A DNA stretch of 64,000 nt from Pelagomonas calceolata (lineage: Eukaryota), in the NCBI GenBank assembly GCA_918797485.1, contig CAKKNE010000004.1, forward strand, positions 2,232,001 to 2,296,000, read 5' to 3'. How positions within the stretch are numbered: position 1 is the stretch's first letter; every line of letters begins with the position of its first letter. This document shows, piece by piece, positions 63,201-64,000 of this stretch. The notes beneath the pieces were generated by a model, which made no database searches, was not told the DNA's origin, and worked only from the letters and a program-made list of their open reading frames with translations. The position numbers and the translations under genes are program-made.

Positions 63201-63458
63201 GGTCTCGTCGCGCTCGACCTCGACCTGCTTGCGCAGCCGCTCGTTGTCCCGCATCGCCGCGGCTGCCTCGCGCTCCAACCGATCGATCTTCTCCGCTTGC
63301 GAATGTTGGATGTCCTCGGGGGCCCATCGAAAGGCCGCCTCCTGGCGGTCGTTCTCGTCGCCCTTGACGGGGACAGCCTTGGGCACCTTGGCCTGCGACT
63401 CCGCGACGGCGCCATCGATGACGTCGGCCACGATTTCGCCGGTCGCTAGGTCCGCCAT
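60252..63458 (-). CDS. Large Pro/Ala/Glu-rich protein with N-terminal coiled coil
   Basis: Start MADLATGE at 63458; RLVAFYEKHNPAKLDSIDATLAKYAGRESELFEALRAKY helical module; PTPKKKKSMWGKLRGAVR x2. Confidence 0.75.
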   Translation of the reverse strand: MADLATGEIVADVIDGAVAESQAKVPKAVPVKGDENDRQEAAFRWAPEDIQHSQAEKIDRLEREAAAAMRDNERLRKQVEVERDETIAALRDAEALRAALKDASNRMADARARSVAADAGRAAAEARAASARAEASRVRERTTRTRGDAAAAAELARAKDAKAQRLQADLDALRKRHDALLDSTVLAAGGGRVAQVLRSNVGPASKPLDKVVKPKQEPPLQKQDDVAALLSRVGALEGQVLALRTAKKAEAQKPQPRPPPPADPDRPVPQSKALGALAVVVGEQMSTETDRLRAENERLREEMARLVLRGVLPPPPRAPAPPAAAPPPRRERPAGYFAESSDDEGGDQQDDEDEGVVLPEHDGERPWESTPAPTPAVVVRPAAPTPAVAPAAAAAPTPAVAPAAAAVTPAVPAPAPPAEKTRAAGMPPVVTPGDTVVVPASTPDDAFAARVRPGDAALPAVAEAPAAEEASGAEAPASAVEPPAAEDPAPAPAEEADSAQAAPAPEPPAEAAEPPAPSEESKPAVEPPAAEEPSAPETAAPTPAAEPPAAEEAAPAPAAEGTAPAPAAEEAAPAPEPPAPAPAKAAKVPAPAAKAPAPAEPTPKKKKSMWGKLRGAVRASPKKSPKTPKAPAAAPAAAPAAAPAPAASTTESAAPAAPAPAVAPAAAPAVDHRARLVAFYEKHNPAKLDSIDATLAKYAGRESELFEALRAKYEAPAAVEEKDDAPAPAAPAAAPAPAAAPKKTVPPIKVEPPSPSSAGSAPSSTTSRSTTDPTPKKKKSMWGKLRGAVRSSPRTPKTPKSPPPDKLQAAARRRSAPGVRPGQAAMPAAAPEAKAVDEAPATAPAEASATSEAPEGAAAADAPAADAAGDSTDLPDEDAATAPEPAAAAPGAEVVRETPLQQEAPVEEESAAVHHKHHHKETASDDDEAPPPPPPKSGSPFVEAIAKRREKEDDSPTTPQPKARGDKPVGRPYRPDPTPSPSPELEELTPFAARRRSLGASPTPTRRFLRRESSFSFDPGDVSSPRRRHSALLGQMRDVLFDSPAGSRQVSRQSSFADDADAFLKANS

Positions 63459-63640
63459 GGTCCTCGCTGCCTGTTGGGTTGCCCTCCAGCCCAGCGGCGA
63501 ACGGGCAGCCCTTCGCAAACGACACACCTTGAGCCCAACCGTGTCCTCTAGCGCTCGACTTGTCGCTGGATTTGTCCCAGCAGTCCGTTCACTGGCATGT
63601 AGTGCGTGGGGGACCGGCGGGTGAGGAGGCGCTGCGCTTG

Positions 63641-63662
63641 CTAGTGTCTTACAGGCCGCTAG
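63641..63662 (-). promoter_or_regulatory. CTAG-box element (type A)
   Basis: Reverse complement ctagcggcctgtaagacactag followed by caag; between divergent starts 63458 and 63871. Confidence 0.65.
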
Positions 63663-63870
63663 ATAGCTCCAAATAATGCTCAGTCCGCGCGGGCCAAACA
63701 CTAGGCGCATTCATTCGGACAGGAGACGCATTCACCCGAGGAGGACGCGCTTTGACGAGTTCCTCCCCGGCCGGCCTCACGCGGACTCAGCCGGACCGGA
63801 GGCGCGCCACACAAGTGCGCAGCTCAGCAGCACTCTTCCGGCGCCCGCACCAGCGGCCGACGCGACAGCC

Positions 63871-64000
63871 ATGTCGGCCCGCGAGCGCCTCGCGGCCCAG
63901 GACGCGCAGCTCGAGCGCCTCGGCGCCGGCGTCGACCGCATCCGGAACCTCGGCGAGACGATGCATGACGAGACCCGCCAACAACTGGGCTTGCTGGATC
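63871..64000 (+). CDS. t-SNARE (Qc-type) protein, 3'-partial
   Basis: MSARERLAAQDAQLERLGAGVDRIRNLGETMHDETRQQLGLLD. Confidence 0.75.
   Translation, partial: MSARERLAAQDAQLERLGAGVDRIRNLGETMHDETRQQLGLLD

Noticed and set aside
59947..63624. Long overlapping Arg/Ala/Gly-rich ORFs (e.g. 60312-62771 +, 59947-61632 -), and similar ones elsewhere
   Set aside because: Expected stop-poor alternative frames in high-GC coding DNA; no motifs
1..64000. tRNA/rRNA genes or an autonomous transposase
   Set aside because: None recognised by eye; tRNAscan/Infernal/HMM searches were not possible

Overview
Gene-dense, GC-rich eukaryotic nuclear DNA with about 38 protein-coding genes or fragments, few short introns and very short intergenic spacers. 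Bipartite ASAFAP-type plastid signals, flagellar genes and introner-type introns suggest a pelagophyte alga (Pelagomonas/Aureococcus-like); this is inference, not verified. Recognisable genes include PSMB3, PABPN1, kinesin-13, an Mx-like dynamin, NAT10, BBOF1, STT3, a Dispatched-like transporter, an MFS transporter, a VIT1-like protein and a cytochrome b5-domain protein. Highlights: (1) a 19-23 bp CTAG-bounded element (consensus about CTAGCG..TGTAAGACACTAG) in at least 14 upstream intergenic regions and not seen by eye in CDS or convergent spacers; (2) a family of TIR/8-bp-TSD introner transposons spliced in both orientations, with intron presence/absence among three tandem paralogs; (3) an ORF of more than 1200 aa, absent from the ORF track, combining Tudor-knot, linker-histone H15, DDT, bromo, MBD and WHIM/WSD modules; (4) an MLKL-like kinase, an EST1/SMG6-like protein with a Regnase-type NYN nuclease, a signal-peptide Mx-like dynamin and a plastid-targeted double-HMG-box protein. 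All domain calls are by-eye motif recognition, not database searches.
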